A DNA stretch of 64,000 bases from Felis catus (Eukaryota). Shown here piece after piece: positions 1 to 10,585 of the stretch. Within the stretch, counting starts at the first letter, position 1; each line of letters opens with the position of its first letter. The stretch is taken from the NCBI RefSeq assembly GCF_018350175.1, contig NC_058368.1, positions 118,112,001 through 118,176,000 of the forward strand, written 5' to 3'. The notes beneath the pieces are model-generated. The model did no database searches. It was not told the origin of the DNA and was given only the letters and a program-made list of their open reading frames with translations. A program made the translations under genes and the position numbers.

Positions 1-111
1 GGTTGTCAGTACAGAGCCTGACGCCGGGCTCGATCTCACGAACAGCAAGATCATGACCTGAGCTGAGATCAAGAGTCAGACGCTTAAACAACCGAGCCAC
101 CCAGGCACTCC
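1..111 (-). mobile_element. CanSINE, 5' part (cut by window edge)
   Basis: Reverse complement of the tRNA-like head: ...gagccacccaggcactcc. Confidence 0.9.
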
Positions 112-794
112 TCTAGGCATATTCCTACTGCATTGTTTAAAAAAGTGCTTTCTGTTTGTTTCTTTTTGCCTCATAGCAACTCCACCGTAAAATAAATAAG
201 ACACAGAAGAGAGACAATCCAAATAATTACGCTTAGGAAATTTTATTAAAATGTGGTAGGGAAAGGAAGAGGGGAGGCCATTGCCTGCTGAAGTTCTGGG
301 GAGGGCTCATTAATGGTACTTGGTGTCACCCCTCACCTCTGTCCCTGTTAACCTATAATTTTGGGTAAAAGTCACTGCATTTGGAGACCATATCTGGAAT
401 TGGAAGTCAAGGGTGAGTTGTTGTGGAAAACTCTCCCTGTTCCTCAGAGCTTCCACTGTGGATCAGAATGTGGGCCACCGAGTCCCAGCCCCAGTCTGCA
501 GCCTCAGGCAGCCATGTAGACACTGCAGCCCCAAAGCAGGAAGGGTATTATTTGTCATAGTGACGGCCTTGATCTCAACACGGGCCGCCATGGAGATCCA
601 TTGCCTTGGAATCTATCTGACTTTCCAGGACAGAATGCTTCCTCAGAAAAATTCCACAAAATGCTTTCTAATTACCAGGACTGTTTTGGCAGTCATTTCC
701 TTGGAGGAAGCCTGAAGGCCTTGGGTAAAGGTGGCACCAAAGCCTACTTGGCTTCAGAGTTAACTGTAACATCAGGCAAACAGAAACTTGAGCT

Positions 795-860
795 TTCCTT
801 TCCTTTCCTTTCCTTTCCTTTCCTTTCCTTTCCTTTCCTTTCCTTTCCTTTCCTTTCCTC
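795..860. repeat. (TTTCC)n microsatellite
   Basis: Direct reading of a perfect pentamer array next to the SINE tail. Confidence 0.97.
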
Positions 861-867
861 CTTTTCA

Positions 868-887
868 TAAATTTTATTCTTTTTAAA

Positions 888-926
<39 letters not shown>

Positions 927-1081
927 TATTTTAGAGAGAGAGATTTCAGGACAGAGGGACAGAGGGAGAGAGAGACAGAGAATCCCAAGCAGGTTCTGTG
1001 CTCCATATGGAGCCTGACAATGGGCTTGAAGCCTCAGTCCTGGGATCATGACCTGAGCTGACTGAGCCACCCAGGCACCCC
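868..1081 (-). mobile_element. CanSINE with internal deletion and (TTA)n tail
   Basis: Typical head, (AG)n region and tail; the segment between cctgagc and tgactgagcc is missing. Confidence 0.9.
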
Positions 1082-2121
1082 CCACTCATTTTCCTTAGAT
1101 GGATTGGGGTTACAGTCACTGGTGAACCTACCTGCATGAGTAGAGTTACATTTACTGCCCTCTGGGTTATCCCAGGCACTTCTGTGGCGAGTCAAGCATA
1201 GGGGAGGGGGCAAACATGCATCCAAACCTGGAGCGTGAGAGATGACCCAGACAGAGGCTGTGGATGTCGCAAGCCCCCGAGGCATGGGTGCCACTGTGAC
1301 CCTTCCCCTCCATCCTTTGACCTGGTGCCTCTGCCCTCCCCTAGGAGAATTATTATCCAGTGTGTGCCTCTTTCTGTCTGCTGGTAGGAACTCAGCTTCC
1401 TAGAGCTTGAAAACTAGCTTAGTCTTCCACCATTGCTGCTTGGGAAATAGGCCTCTCCACTCTTCCCACCCTACCCCGTCCTTCATACCAAATGGAAAAG
1501 GAATGGCATCTTGGAGCATCTCTTTGAAGGATTACTAGGGCCTTCCCTGTGAAAGGTCAATTACTAGTTTCCAAATTCAAATAACTTTATGTACCACACA
1601 ATAACAGGGGTCCTTGAGCATCTCTAAACGTTTTTCGTGCTGGTTGACTTCCAGCTGCAAGGCCTGGTCCTTGAGGCTTCAGGAGGTTAAGTTTACCACC
1701 CAAGGTGGCTGGAATTTTCCCTGCCATAGATGAGACTCTACTTCAGAGATGAGAGGCCTTCCTTAAAGGGACCAGTAAAGCCCCTGAAGCAGAAACAGGA
1801 GGAGACAAGGGAAGAGGAGGCTGGGGCTGGATCAGAGTGCTTCTGTGGGGAGGGTGAAGAGCCCTCTCCAGGACCAGCATTCCTCCGTGCTCACCTGCTG
1901 CCTCCCCCAACCCCCATGGGAGAAGGACTGCCCTAAAACAGCAGTAGGTAGATCTGATGGAAGAGCTTTCTTCTAGTAGTTTCCAGAACCTAAAGAAAAG
2001 ACCCAGCAAGACCCTCGAATGAACCTTGGAGTACACAGGATGTCAGAGAGGTGTCAGCCCTTGGTTAATGAGAAGTCCTGGCCAGTGATCCCAGGTCCTG
2101 GAAGGCACCAGTCAGGTTGTT

Positions 2122-2906
2122 TTGTGACAGATGGGCCCACACCATCACACTGGAGTTGGTCCCACCAGCTCTGTAGTGACCAGCCTAGATCTGCGTGTTC
2201 TGGCCCCAGTGTTGGAAAGACACAAAGCCCCTGGCCCATCTTGATGTTGGAGAACACTTGGGTGACCTGAAAGCAACCACTGTTGTACCACTGCTGAATG
2301 GGATCAGCCATAGCAGAGAATTTACCCACAGCAATCTGGTTGACGTCAGTCAGAGACACAAATCTCAATCTTGCCACTATCGAGCAGTTCCAGCCATCAA
2401 CCCTCCTCCTCCGGGCCCAAGACCTGCTTCTTGAGACATGAGCTGAAGGAAGACACGAAGCAGGTCTGCGAGGGGGCTCCTGGGGCACCGTTGACCTGTT
2501 CATCTCCACCACGCAGACACCCCACCATGCTGCACCATTGTTTCCCCCTCTTGGCCACAGGGGTCACCTATAAGGTTGCATTCGATGTCTCTGCTCTTGA
2601 TTGCAGAAGCGGCCCAGGAGGCAGGGGCTGGCCTGGTGGACGCGGGGCAGGCCGCTGAAGGCGAGGGGCAGCAGAGCGCTGTGGTCCCCGGAAGGTCATT
2701 CATCAGGACGTGCCAGCCCCTGTGTACCTGGCAGCTGCACCCCAGTGTGCATGGAGACACGTGGGTCAGCACCACCAGGAGCAGCTTGGGTGGCAGTTGA
2801 CTCAGGTCCAGCACCTCCTCAGGTTCAGGCTCCAGTGCAGTGACCCAGAGACGGTGGCTGGAGGGGGGCAGGAGAGGGACCAGTCCCTGGAGGCCAAGGC
2901 GCCCAC
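2122..2906 (-). pseudogene. FBXO27: Processed pseudogene (retrocopy) of F-box only protein 27 (F-box + FBA/sugar-binding domain), CDS-derived part
   Basis: Read across frames, the minus strand gives (GTG)GALASRD..EPEPEEVLDLSQLPPKLLLVVLTHVSP..CQVHRGWHVL..PCLLGRFC..CNLIGDPCGQEG..MVQHGG..VEMNRSTVP..EEEG*WLELLDSGKIEICVSD..DVNQIAVGKFSAMADPIQQWYNSGCFQVTQVFSNIKMG..SFQHWGQNTQI*AGHYRAGGTNSSVMVWAHLS. This is colinear with FBXO27 as I recall it. There are no introns. Disablements: start ATG>GTG (2904-2906), stops at 2397-2399 and 2185-2187, several frameshifts and deletions, and the stop position reads CAA (2122-2124). Confidence 0.93.
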
Positions 2907-3552
2907 GGCCTTACACCACGTGCTCCCCCTCACCGGGCTCAGCAGCGACTTAACTCTCAAATTTCTGAACACACTCATCTGCCTATAGGTGTGTCATCAC
3001 TTCCAATCCACCAGCCTCGGAGGCCTCTCTTTTATGCAGTGAATCCAGCCACCTATGCCTGACTCTTTTGTCGCCCTGCCCCTCCCGCCTCCCTTTGGAC
3101 TTGGTTCATCCCTCTGTTACATGTCTACAGCCTGCATCTCACCACTGGCTGCTTCTTCCCTTTGCAATGTCTGTGTGTCTCTGATCCTGCCAAGGGACCA
3201 TGCCTTGCCCCACAGCCTCGCTAGTTTCCATCCAGCCTTTCTTCTTTGTCACCAGAGCAGTCCATGCGCACTGTGTACGCTTACTTTTATCCTCTACCCA
3301 CCCCGGTTGCTGTCTGCCCCTTCCCCCACCGTGTCACACAGGTAAACTCCTGGCCACCCACGACTTACTTCCCCAATGCCGAGTCTCCTTTGGATCCTTC
3401 CCTCCCTGGACCTCCTGTTGCATATAGGGCAGGAGAGCCCTCCCTCCAACTTCAGCTCTCCTCTCTTAGCTCCTGAGACTTCATGCTCACTCGCGTCATT
3501 TGTTTTTCTCTCCAGCGTGAATTTCTCTCCCTCCATTTCTAAATTCATGGCT

Positions 3553-3778
3553 GGGGCGCCTGGGTGGCTTAGTTGAGTGAGTGTCCGACTTTGGCTCAGG
3601 CGGCTCAGGTCTTGATCTCACGGTTTGTGGGTTCAAACCCCCGTGTCAGGCTCGGTGCTGACAGGTCAGAACCTGGAGCCTGCCTTAGATTCTGCATTTC
3701 CCTCTCTCTCTGCCCTTCCCCCACTTGCACTCTCTCTCCCAGGAATAAATAAACATTAAAAAAAGCCCAAAACTAAAG
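3553..3778 (+). mobile_element. CanSINE (SINEC_Fc-like)
   Basis: ggggcgcctgggtggc head, A-rich tail, TSD aattcatggct. Confidence 0.93.
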
Positions 3779-3894
3779 AATTCATGGCTCCAGGGTTACC
3801 TCCTTGACGTACTTTCATTCTGTTTTCTCTTTGGGTGAGGTATTTGACCACCATCTAAATACCAGGCAGCTCAGACCTCTTTCTCCAAGGTTGT

Positions 3895-4200
3895 GAGCAG
3901 GGTGTTGGTTGGAAATGCCTTCAGGGCCAACCAGGTAAAGGCAGTGATGGAGGCAGAGTGTGGCAGGCCAGAGAAGCCCTTATTCTAGCTAAAGAGAAGG
4001 GCTGCTTCCGGGCTCCACGGATGGTTGACAAGCAACAGTTCAGGACCAGTGTTGCCAGATTTCCCAATTTTCCCTAAAGAAACCGGAAATATATAATCCT
4101 ATTTGGAATCTCTCAGTGATTAAATATTGGTTCGAAAATGTCCGTAGGGACCAAAGCCCATCTGAGAACCATGTCTGGTGTAAGGGCTACCCGTTTGGGA
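3895..4200. mobile_element. Old hAT-Charlie MITE (MER102-like)
   Basis: gtgttgccagattt...ggaaat...aatctc...taaatattgg core resembles the MER102/103 family (from memory). Confidence 0.45.
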
Positions 4201-4599
4201 TAACAGTTTGACTCATATTCCACTGATTGGCTAATACTTTTATTCCGAAGCCTACGGGTACTTCACATTGAATGTGCGCCACACCGTCTTTTCTCCACAC
4301 CCTCCTCCCTCTTCATGGGCACCTCATCTCAGTTAATGACACTTCCTTCTATCCATTCACCCAAGCTGGAATTATGGAAGAGAGTGTCCTTTTCTTCTGT
4401 AACTCCTCCTCCATTTTCAATCTACCACCAGATTCTACCAACATAACTTTCTAAATAAATCATGAATCTGTTCTCACGTCTGCACTCCTCGCCACCATTA
4501 TCATAGTTTAGGCTTCTAGCATCTTCTGCCTGGACCAGTAGGCTCCCAAGTGTTTCGAATGATGATTCATCATAGTTAATTCCCTCTGTGTATAAATTA

Positions 4600-5052
4600 T
4601 TATTCTGAGCCAAACGTGTAATCTCGGTCCCTTGACAGTGATTGGTTTTGAAGTGGGCTTGGGATCCAATCTGGGCCGGTGGGATGTGAGGCAAAATTTG
4701 CTGGGAAGCTTCTGGAAGTTTTCCTTGTTAAGAAAGAGACCGAAGAAGAAACTGCTCCCTTCTGTCTGTGGGCTTCTCTGTATCCGTACGTCACTCTAGG
4801 AACTGCTACGGCCGTCTGGCATAGATGAGGAAAGGCAGCCTGCAGGCAGACCCCACCACAGAGCATGGTGCCCTGGAGAGGAGAGGATGGAACCTGGGTC
4901 CGTGGTTGCGTTTTTGAGCCACCGAATCAACCACGTCTGCGGCCTGTCATCTCAGAGTTTGCAGCTATGTTGGATAATAAGTCTCTTGATAAATTCAGGC
5001 AGTTAGACTCAGAGCTTTGTGTTTAAGGGAGCCAAAGGCATCCTGACTGGTA
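4600..5052 (+). mobile_element. ERVL-MaLR solo LTR (MLT1J/K-like) inserted into an L2
   Basis: gattgg..gggatccaatctgggcc..ggaagcttctgg..aataa..gccaaaggcatcctgactg end motif; L2-like sequence on both sides (about 4200-4600 and 5060-5520). Confidence 0.6.
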
Positions 5053-5531
5053 CCCTCGTCTCCCGCCTTGAGGTCTGTGCTCCGTCACCCCACATGACAC
5101 CTGACTTTCAGGGTGGTCCCTCTAGATGCTAATCTGACCACATTGCCTCCCGCTCATAGCTCCCATCGCCCACAGGCTAAAGTCCCAGGACCTTGGCAGA
5201 ATATACAAAGGCTTCCATGACAGACCTCCTGCCTCTATAGCCGAATCGGCTCTGGCTCCTTAACGTAAACCTTATGCTCACTTTGGTGTGATCTGCTTGC
5301 AGTTCCCTGCCTAGGCGATGCTGTTTAACTCTTTCATTCATTGGGCAGATATACTCAAGTGTCACCTCTGGGCCAGGAGTAGTTCTAGGCATCCCAGCTA
5401 CCACTCCCAAGTCCCATGCTCTAGCCATCTCCTCTCCCCTGGGTACCTCCCCCCCATCTTTATCTGACTAATGCTCTCTTTTCGTTTCCTGTTCCAGTCC
5501 AGTGTTAGCACTTGTGATAGCTTTATATACA

Positions 5532-5886
5532 TAGTTGGCTCTTGAATAACACAAGTTTGAGCATCGGAGGTCCATGTATAAATGTGGATTTTTTTCTTGT
5601 AGATACAGAACAGTACTGTAAATGTATTTTCTCTTCCTTGTGATTTTCGTAATAACATTTTGTTTTCTTAATAACATTTCCAGCAAAACTTGTTGTAACA
5701 ATACAATATATATTACATGTTAATAGGCAAAATATGTGTAAATTGACTGTTGATGTTATTGGTAAGGCTCTGGTCAACAACAGGCCATTAGTAGTTAAGT
5801 TTGGGGGGAGTCAAAAGTTATACATGGATTTTCGAATGCACGGGGTCTGTGGCCCTAACCCTTGCATTGTTCAAGGGTCAGCTCTG
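5532..5886. mobile_element. Tigger2a-like TcMar DNA transposon MITE
   Basis: TIRs tagttggctcttgaataac... and ...ttgttcaagggtcagct; internal tgtggattttt motif. Confidence 0.85.
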
Positions 5887-6173
5887 TGTGCTTTTAACAA
5901 TTGTTTATCTAATATTCTATTTTGGAAATTAAAAAGAGTAAATTAAAAGAATAGTATAAGAAATGTGTATATATATATATACCCAGATTGACCAAGTAAC
6001 ATTTTGCAGATTTGTTCTTTTCCCCCCATCTCCCTTAGTACATATATACACACATACACAGATAGGCCTTTTTCTGAGCCATTTGAAAGTAACTTTTAGA
6101 TATCATGACTCCTCTTCACGAATAGTTCAGCATGTATCTGCTAAGTACAAGGACCCCTTAAAAAAATTTTTTT

Positions 6174-6403
6174 TAATGTTTATTTATTTATTTATTTATT
6201 TTCAACGTTTATTTATTTTTGGGACAGAGAGACAGAGCATGAACGGGGGAAGGGCAGAGAGAGAGGGAGACACAGAATCGGAAACAGGCTCCAGGCTCTG
6301 AGCCATCAGCCCAGAGCCCGACGCGGGGCTCGAACTCACAGACCGCGAGATCGTGACCTGGCTGAAGTCGGACGCTTAACCGACTGCGCCACCCAGGCGC
6401 CCC
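6174..6403 (-). mobile_element. Young SINEC_Fc, CpGs intact
   Basis: Near-consensus sequence; TSD taatgtttatttattt; sits in the tail of the next SINE. Confidence 0.95.
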
Positions 6404-6610
6404 TAATGTTTATTTATTTTTTAAGAGATGAAGAGACAGAGTGTGAGCGGGGAAAGGACACAGAGAGAGAGGGAGATACAGAATCCGAAGCAGGTTCCAG
6501 GCTCTGAGCTGTCAGCACAGAGCCTGATGTGGGGCTCGAACCCACCAGCCGTGAGATCATGACCTGAGCCGAAGTCGTACGCTTAACCGACTGAGCCACC
6601 CAGGTGTCCC
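6404..6610 (-). mobile_element. CanSINE (SINEC_Fc2-like)
   Basis: Full head and body; middle member of a three-SINE stack. Confidence 0.93.
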
Positions 6611-6619
6611 AAGGATGCT

Positions 6620-6834
6620 TTAAAAAAAAAAATATGTTTATTTATTCTTGAGAGAGAGAAAGACAGAGTGTGAGCAGGATAGGGGTAGAGAGAGAGGGAG
6701 ACACAGAATCCAAAGCAAGCTCCAGGCTCTGAGCTGTCAGCACAGAGCCCAACGTGAGACTTGAACCCACGACCACGAGATCATGATCTGAGCAGAAGTT
6801 GGAGGCTTAGCCGACTGAGCCACCCAGGTGCTCC
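6620..6834 (-). mobile_element. CanSINE (SINEC_Fc2-like)
   Basis: Full head and body; third member of the stack. Confidence 0.93.
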
Positions 6835-6984
6835 AGGACATTTTCTTACATAACCACATTATTACACCCAAGAATTTAATAATAACACAGTAAACTTATT
6901 TGATATTTGGTTCATAGTCATATATCTGCAGTTTTCCCAAATGTTTGTGGCTTTTTTATCCATCCAGGATCTTCTAGGCTAAGC

Positions 6985-7205
6985 ACTCATCTCTTTCAGG
7001 AGGGCTTCCTTGAATGCCTTCAGCTTCCCAATGCTCTGGGAATGTTTTGTGCAGATTGCCATCATGGTATTCACCACTCTGTTTATGTGTGCCTCCCCAT
7101 CTTCAGAGTGAGTCCTGTGTCATGCTTATCTTCTGAGTGCCCAGCCCAGTGTGTGGCACATAGCAGATGCTCAGCGTTTGTTGGCTGAATGGGTGATTGA
7201 GTAAG
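6985..7205 (+). mobile_element. L2 3' end fragment
   Basis: ...gtggcacatagcagatgctcagcgtttgttggctgaatg terminus. Confidence 0.65.
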
Positions 7206-7525
7206 TGGCAGAATTGGAGACAAAGCCCATGGCCTCATTGCTGGTTTCTTCCTTCCATATGTAACTGCTTTGTGCAGACAGTGATGTTAATAATGTAAGA
7301 ACAGAGTCCCATCTGCCAAATGGCGAGAAGAGAGGTAATCCAGATAGAAAATGGTGAACAATGGAAAGAGCCAACAATTAATAACATCTAAGGCCGTGCT
7401 GATAGAGAAGCGTGTCCCTGATTACTGAGAACAGCAGTGGAGAAAGACATCAGCCTTCTATCAGTTGTTGCAAAGGCCACATCACATTTGCAGGTTTGTC
7501 TTCTACAGAAACCAGGCCCCCCCCC

Positions 7526-7747
7526 TTTTTTTAATGTTTATTTATTTATTTTTGAGAGAGAGAAGGAGAGAGACAGAGCACAAGTGGGGGAGGGGCAGAG
7601 AGAGAGAGGGAGACACAGAATCTGAAGCAGACTCCAGGCTCTGAGCTGTCAGCACAGAGCCTGATGCGGGGCTCGAACTCACCGGCTGTGAGATCATGAC
7701 TTGAGCCCAAGTTGTATGCTTAGCCGACTAAGTCACCTGGGCACCCC
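7526..7747 (-). mobile_element. CanSINE
   Basis: Full element; TSD aaccagg(c/a)cccc. Confidence 0.93.
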
Positions 7748-9764
7748 AACCAGGACCCCTTCTAAGTGAAGTTTCCGCAGCACCCATGTATACCTGGAGC
7801 CGTAGTCTCTCCCAGGATGGGTTTGTCAGCCAGCTAGGATGGGTCTGATCTTAGCGGGGTAAAGTGTCCCTTAGCTCCGATGCAGCATCTCTTCCCACTG
7901 TTTGAACTTTATTTCTGGAATTTTCTCAGAAGTTTTCTGAGTGTACAACATCTGATACCATAATTAATATTTATTTCCAGAGACACTAAATATGAACCCA
8001 AAGAACATTTCCATTCTGCTGATGACACTCCCTTAATCGAGAATGTGGAAGCAGGGTCAGGATGAGCCAGGTCACTCAGAAGGCTGCTGGCTGTTTGTGG
8101 GGAAGTGACCTCTTGCCATCTTCCTTGGAGGGTTCCTTTTCTTTCCTAACTGACCACAGTGTTTTTTCCTTGCTTTCTGAAGACTGCTGGGTTCTCTACA
8201 AGAGGTCACGAGGAATTTTTAAAAATTCCTCAAAGCCATTAAAACAGGCAGATACAATCTAAAGGCAGCGCAGCCCAACTCCATCCGTCTCCTGCTGGAC
8301 ACAACTCTAGGCACCTATGAAGGACCAGGCATTGTAGATACAAAGATAAATAAGCCCCTGCTCTCCGGGAACTCATCATCTGTTGGGGTAGCAGCCATAC
8401 AAAGAGTCTCCAAGTTTATGGGGAATGCAACGAGAGAGAGATGCACAGGACACTACAGACCTCAGAGAAAGGGGAACTCATCCAACCCAGGGAGGGTGAG
8501 GCAAGGAAGAGCTGAGTGGTGAAAGTGGGCATAGGATAGAGAGGAAATGGTTAGGTCGTTTGGGAGATTCTAGTCTAAAGGGCATGGAATGAGGCACCTA
8601 TGGAGATTTCCATCGTCATGATGAATGTGAGGACAAAGCGATCAAGGTCTCCATGTGCAGAGGATGCGGAGAGAGGACCATTTTTGATAATGTAAGATGC
8701 CAGCACCAGAAGTTCAGTGGCTGTCTCTTAGCTGACTTGGGAAGACTTTGCCTGTCTGCTTCTGGGTGATCCTTTAATGTCATTCCCACTAAGGGTTAAC
8801 GGTAGAAGACATCCTCCCCCCTCTACCACCACCTCAAAAAAACCAAAAAAACAAAAACACCAAAACCAAAGTCAGTGAAGGTAATATACCACCATCTATT
8901 TAGCTGCTGAAGAATTTACCATTCAAGGAGATAGGACCCTGCCTCACCAGAGGCGTTTAACAGTCCAACACTATCACATTACCCAGATTGTATAAAGAGT
9001 ATGAATGATTTCCGCTCACAGACCTCTAATGGAGGTATCTCTTTACAAAGCCCCTACTTCAGGCCAGCTGAATGCCTCAGCAGCGCCTCCGAAACCCCGC
9101 AGCCCTAATCCCTTTAGCAACAAAGGTCTGTTTCTTTGCTTAGCATGAAGTAGGCCTCAGAGGCCTGTGTGTGTCTTCGCCTGTAGACCAGAAGCCTCCT
9201 GTTTACAATTTCCCTATTCCTGTTTTTAATGTTGTTCTGAGAGCAGCCACAAAGGGCTAGTTTTGTCCAGCAGGAACAAGGGAGCTATTAGAGAGAGACA
9301 GAGGAAGGAAGGAAGGGCGATCGCAGGGAGGACTCCTCAAGGGATTAGCAGACACAGCTGTTCCCGAAGGGAGAGGAGCTCCAGGCTGTTTATAATTTCC
9401 GTCACATTTACATTTTTTAATATTTTATTTCCTCAAAAACCTTTTTTTCTGATCAGTTTCCTATCCACCATCTAAGGGGAGCATCTTGTTGCCATATTGA
9501 TAGACTTAGGGACATGTTTTGCTATATGTACTGAGGATTTAGCTTTTTACTTCACTGCTCTGCAAATCTGGTGTGGTGATCTCCAGCGCTCTGTGAGGTC
9601 ACAGACCTCCAGACCACCAGGTGCCCGAGGAAATTGACTGAAGGGACTGGTGTCACTTCTTGTCCCATTTGTGCAAACCTTTGGAGTTTTTTTTTAGGCT
9701 ATATCTGATTCATTTAGATCCCATAGAACACTGACTGCACAGTGTCCCAGACCTACTTATATAT

Positions 9765-9967
9765 ATATATTTTTAAGTTTATTTATTTATTTTGAAAGAG
9801 AGAGAGAGAGAGAGAGCGAGAAAGAGAGAGAGGTTGAGAATCCTAAGCAGGGTCCACGCTGTCAGTGCAGAGCCAGAAGCGGGGCTCAAACTCACAAATT
9901 ATGAGATCGTGACTGGAGCCAAAATCAGGAGTTGGGCACTTAACCAACTGAGCCACCCAAGTGCCCC
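9765..9967 (-). mobile_element. CanSINE
   Basis: Head ...gagccacccaagtgcccc, (AG)n, T-rich tail. Confidence 0.92.
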
Positions 9968-10365
9968 AAAAGACCCAGTTTTCAAATGCACCTGATGTTT
10001 ATCTTTATATCTAACCATTGTATTATAAAGTGTATTACCTACAGGTGGAGAATCTGTCATACTCCATATTGCTAAAATGTCTTATTCCACTGGCTTTAAG
10101 AAGATTGTCTATGTTTTCATCCTGGAAACAAATGTTTGTGTCACCTTCTAGTTCTTGCCATGAATATTTTTCTATCCCAACAATAGTCTGTCCCTCTTTT
10201 ATTCTAAAAACATAGAATTATGTTTCTCTTTTATTTAAAAATGTACACATATCCAGTGTTAGGTCATGCATATTTTTCTATCCAATGTCTGTCTGTCTGT
10301 CTCTTTTTTTAACTCCTTTTCCCTCCCTTCTCTTATCCTCCTCCCTGTTAAAATATTAGCAGTTT

Positions 10366-10585
10366 GGGGACGCCTGGGTGACTCAGTTGGTTAAGCATCC
10401 GACTTCGGCTCAGGTCATGATCTCACGGTTCGTGAGTTCGAGTCCCGTGTCTGGATCTGTGCTGACAGCTCAGAGGCTGGAGCCTGCTTCAGATTCTGTG
10501 TCTCCCTCTCTCTCTCCCCCTCCCCTGCTCATGCTCTGTCTCTGTCTCTCTCTCTCTCAAAAATAAATAAATATTAAAAAAAAAA
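10366..10585 (+). mobile_element. CanSINE (SINEC_Fc-like)
   Basis: Full element; TSD attagcag(t/c)tt. Confidence 0.93.

Larger units (their letters stand above)
225..2121 (-). other. Probable 3'UTR-derived part of the FBXO27 retrocopy, interrupted by a SINE
   Basis: Unique sequence contiguous with the CDS-like part, ending near a minus-strand AATAAA (tttatt at 242-247). No clean poly(A) tail or TSD was found, so the extent is uncertain. Confidence 0.55.

Noticed and set aside
2054..2814. ORFs 2500-2814 and 2054-2512 as a functional F-box gene
   Set aside because: Each follows FBXO27 only in patches before shifting frame. The start is lost and in-frame stops are present, so this is a pseudogene.
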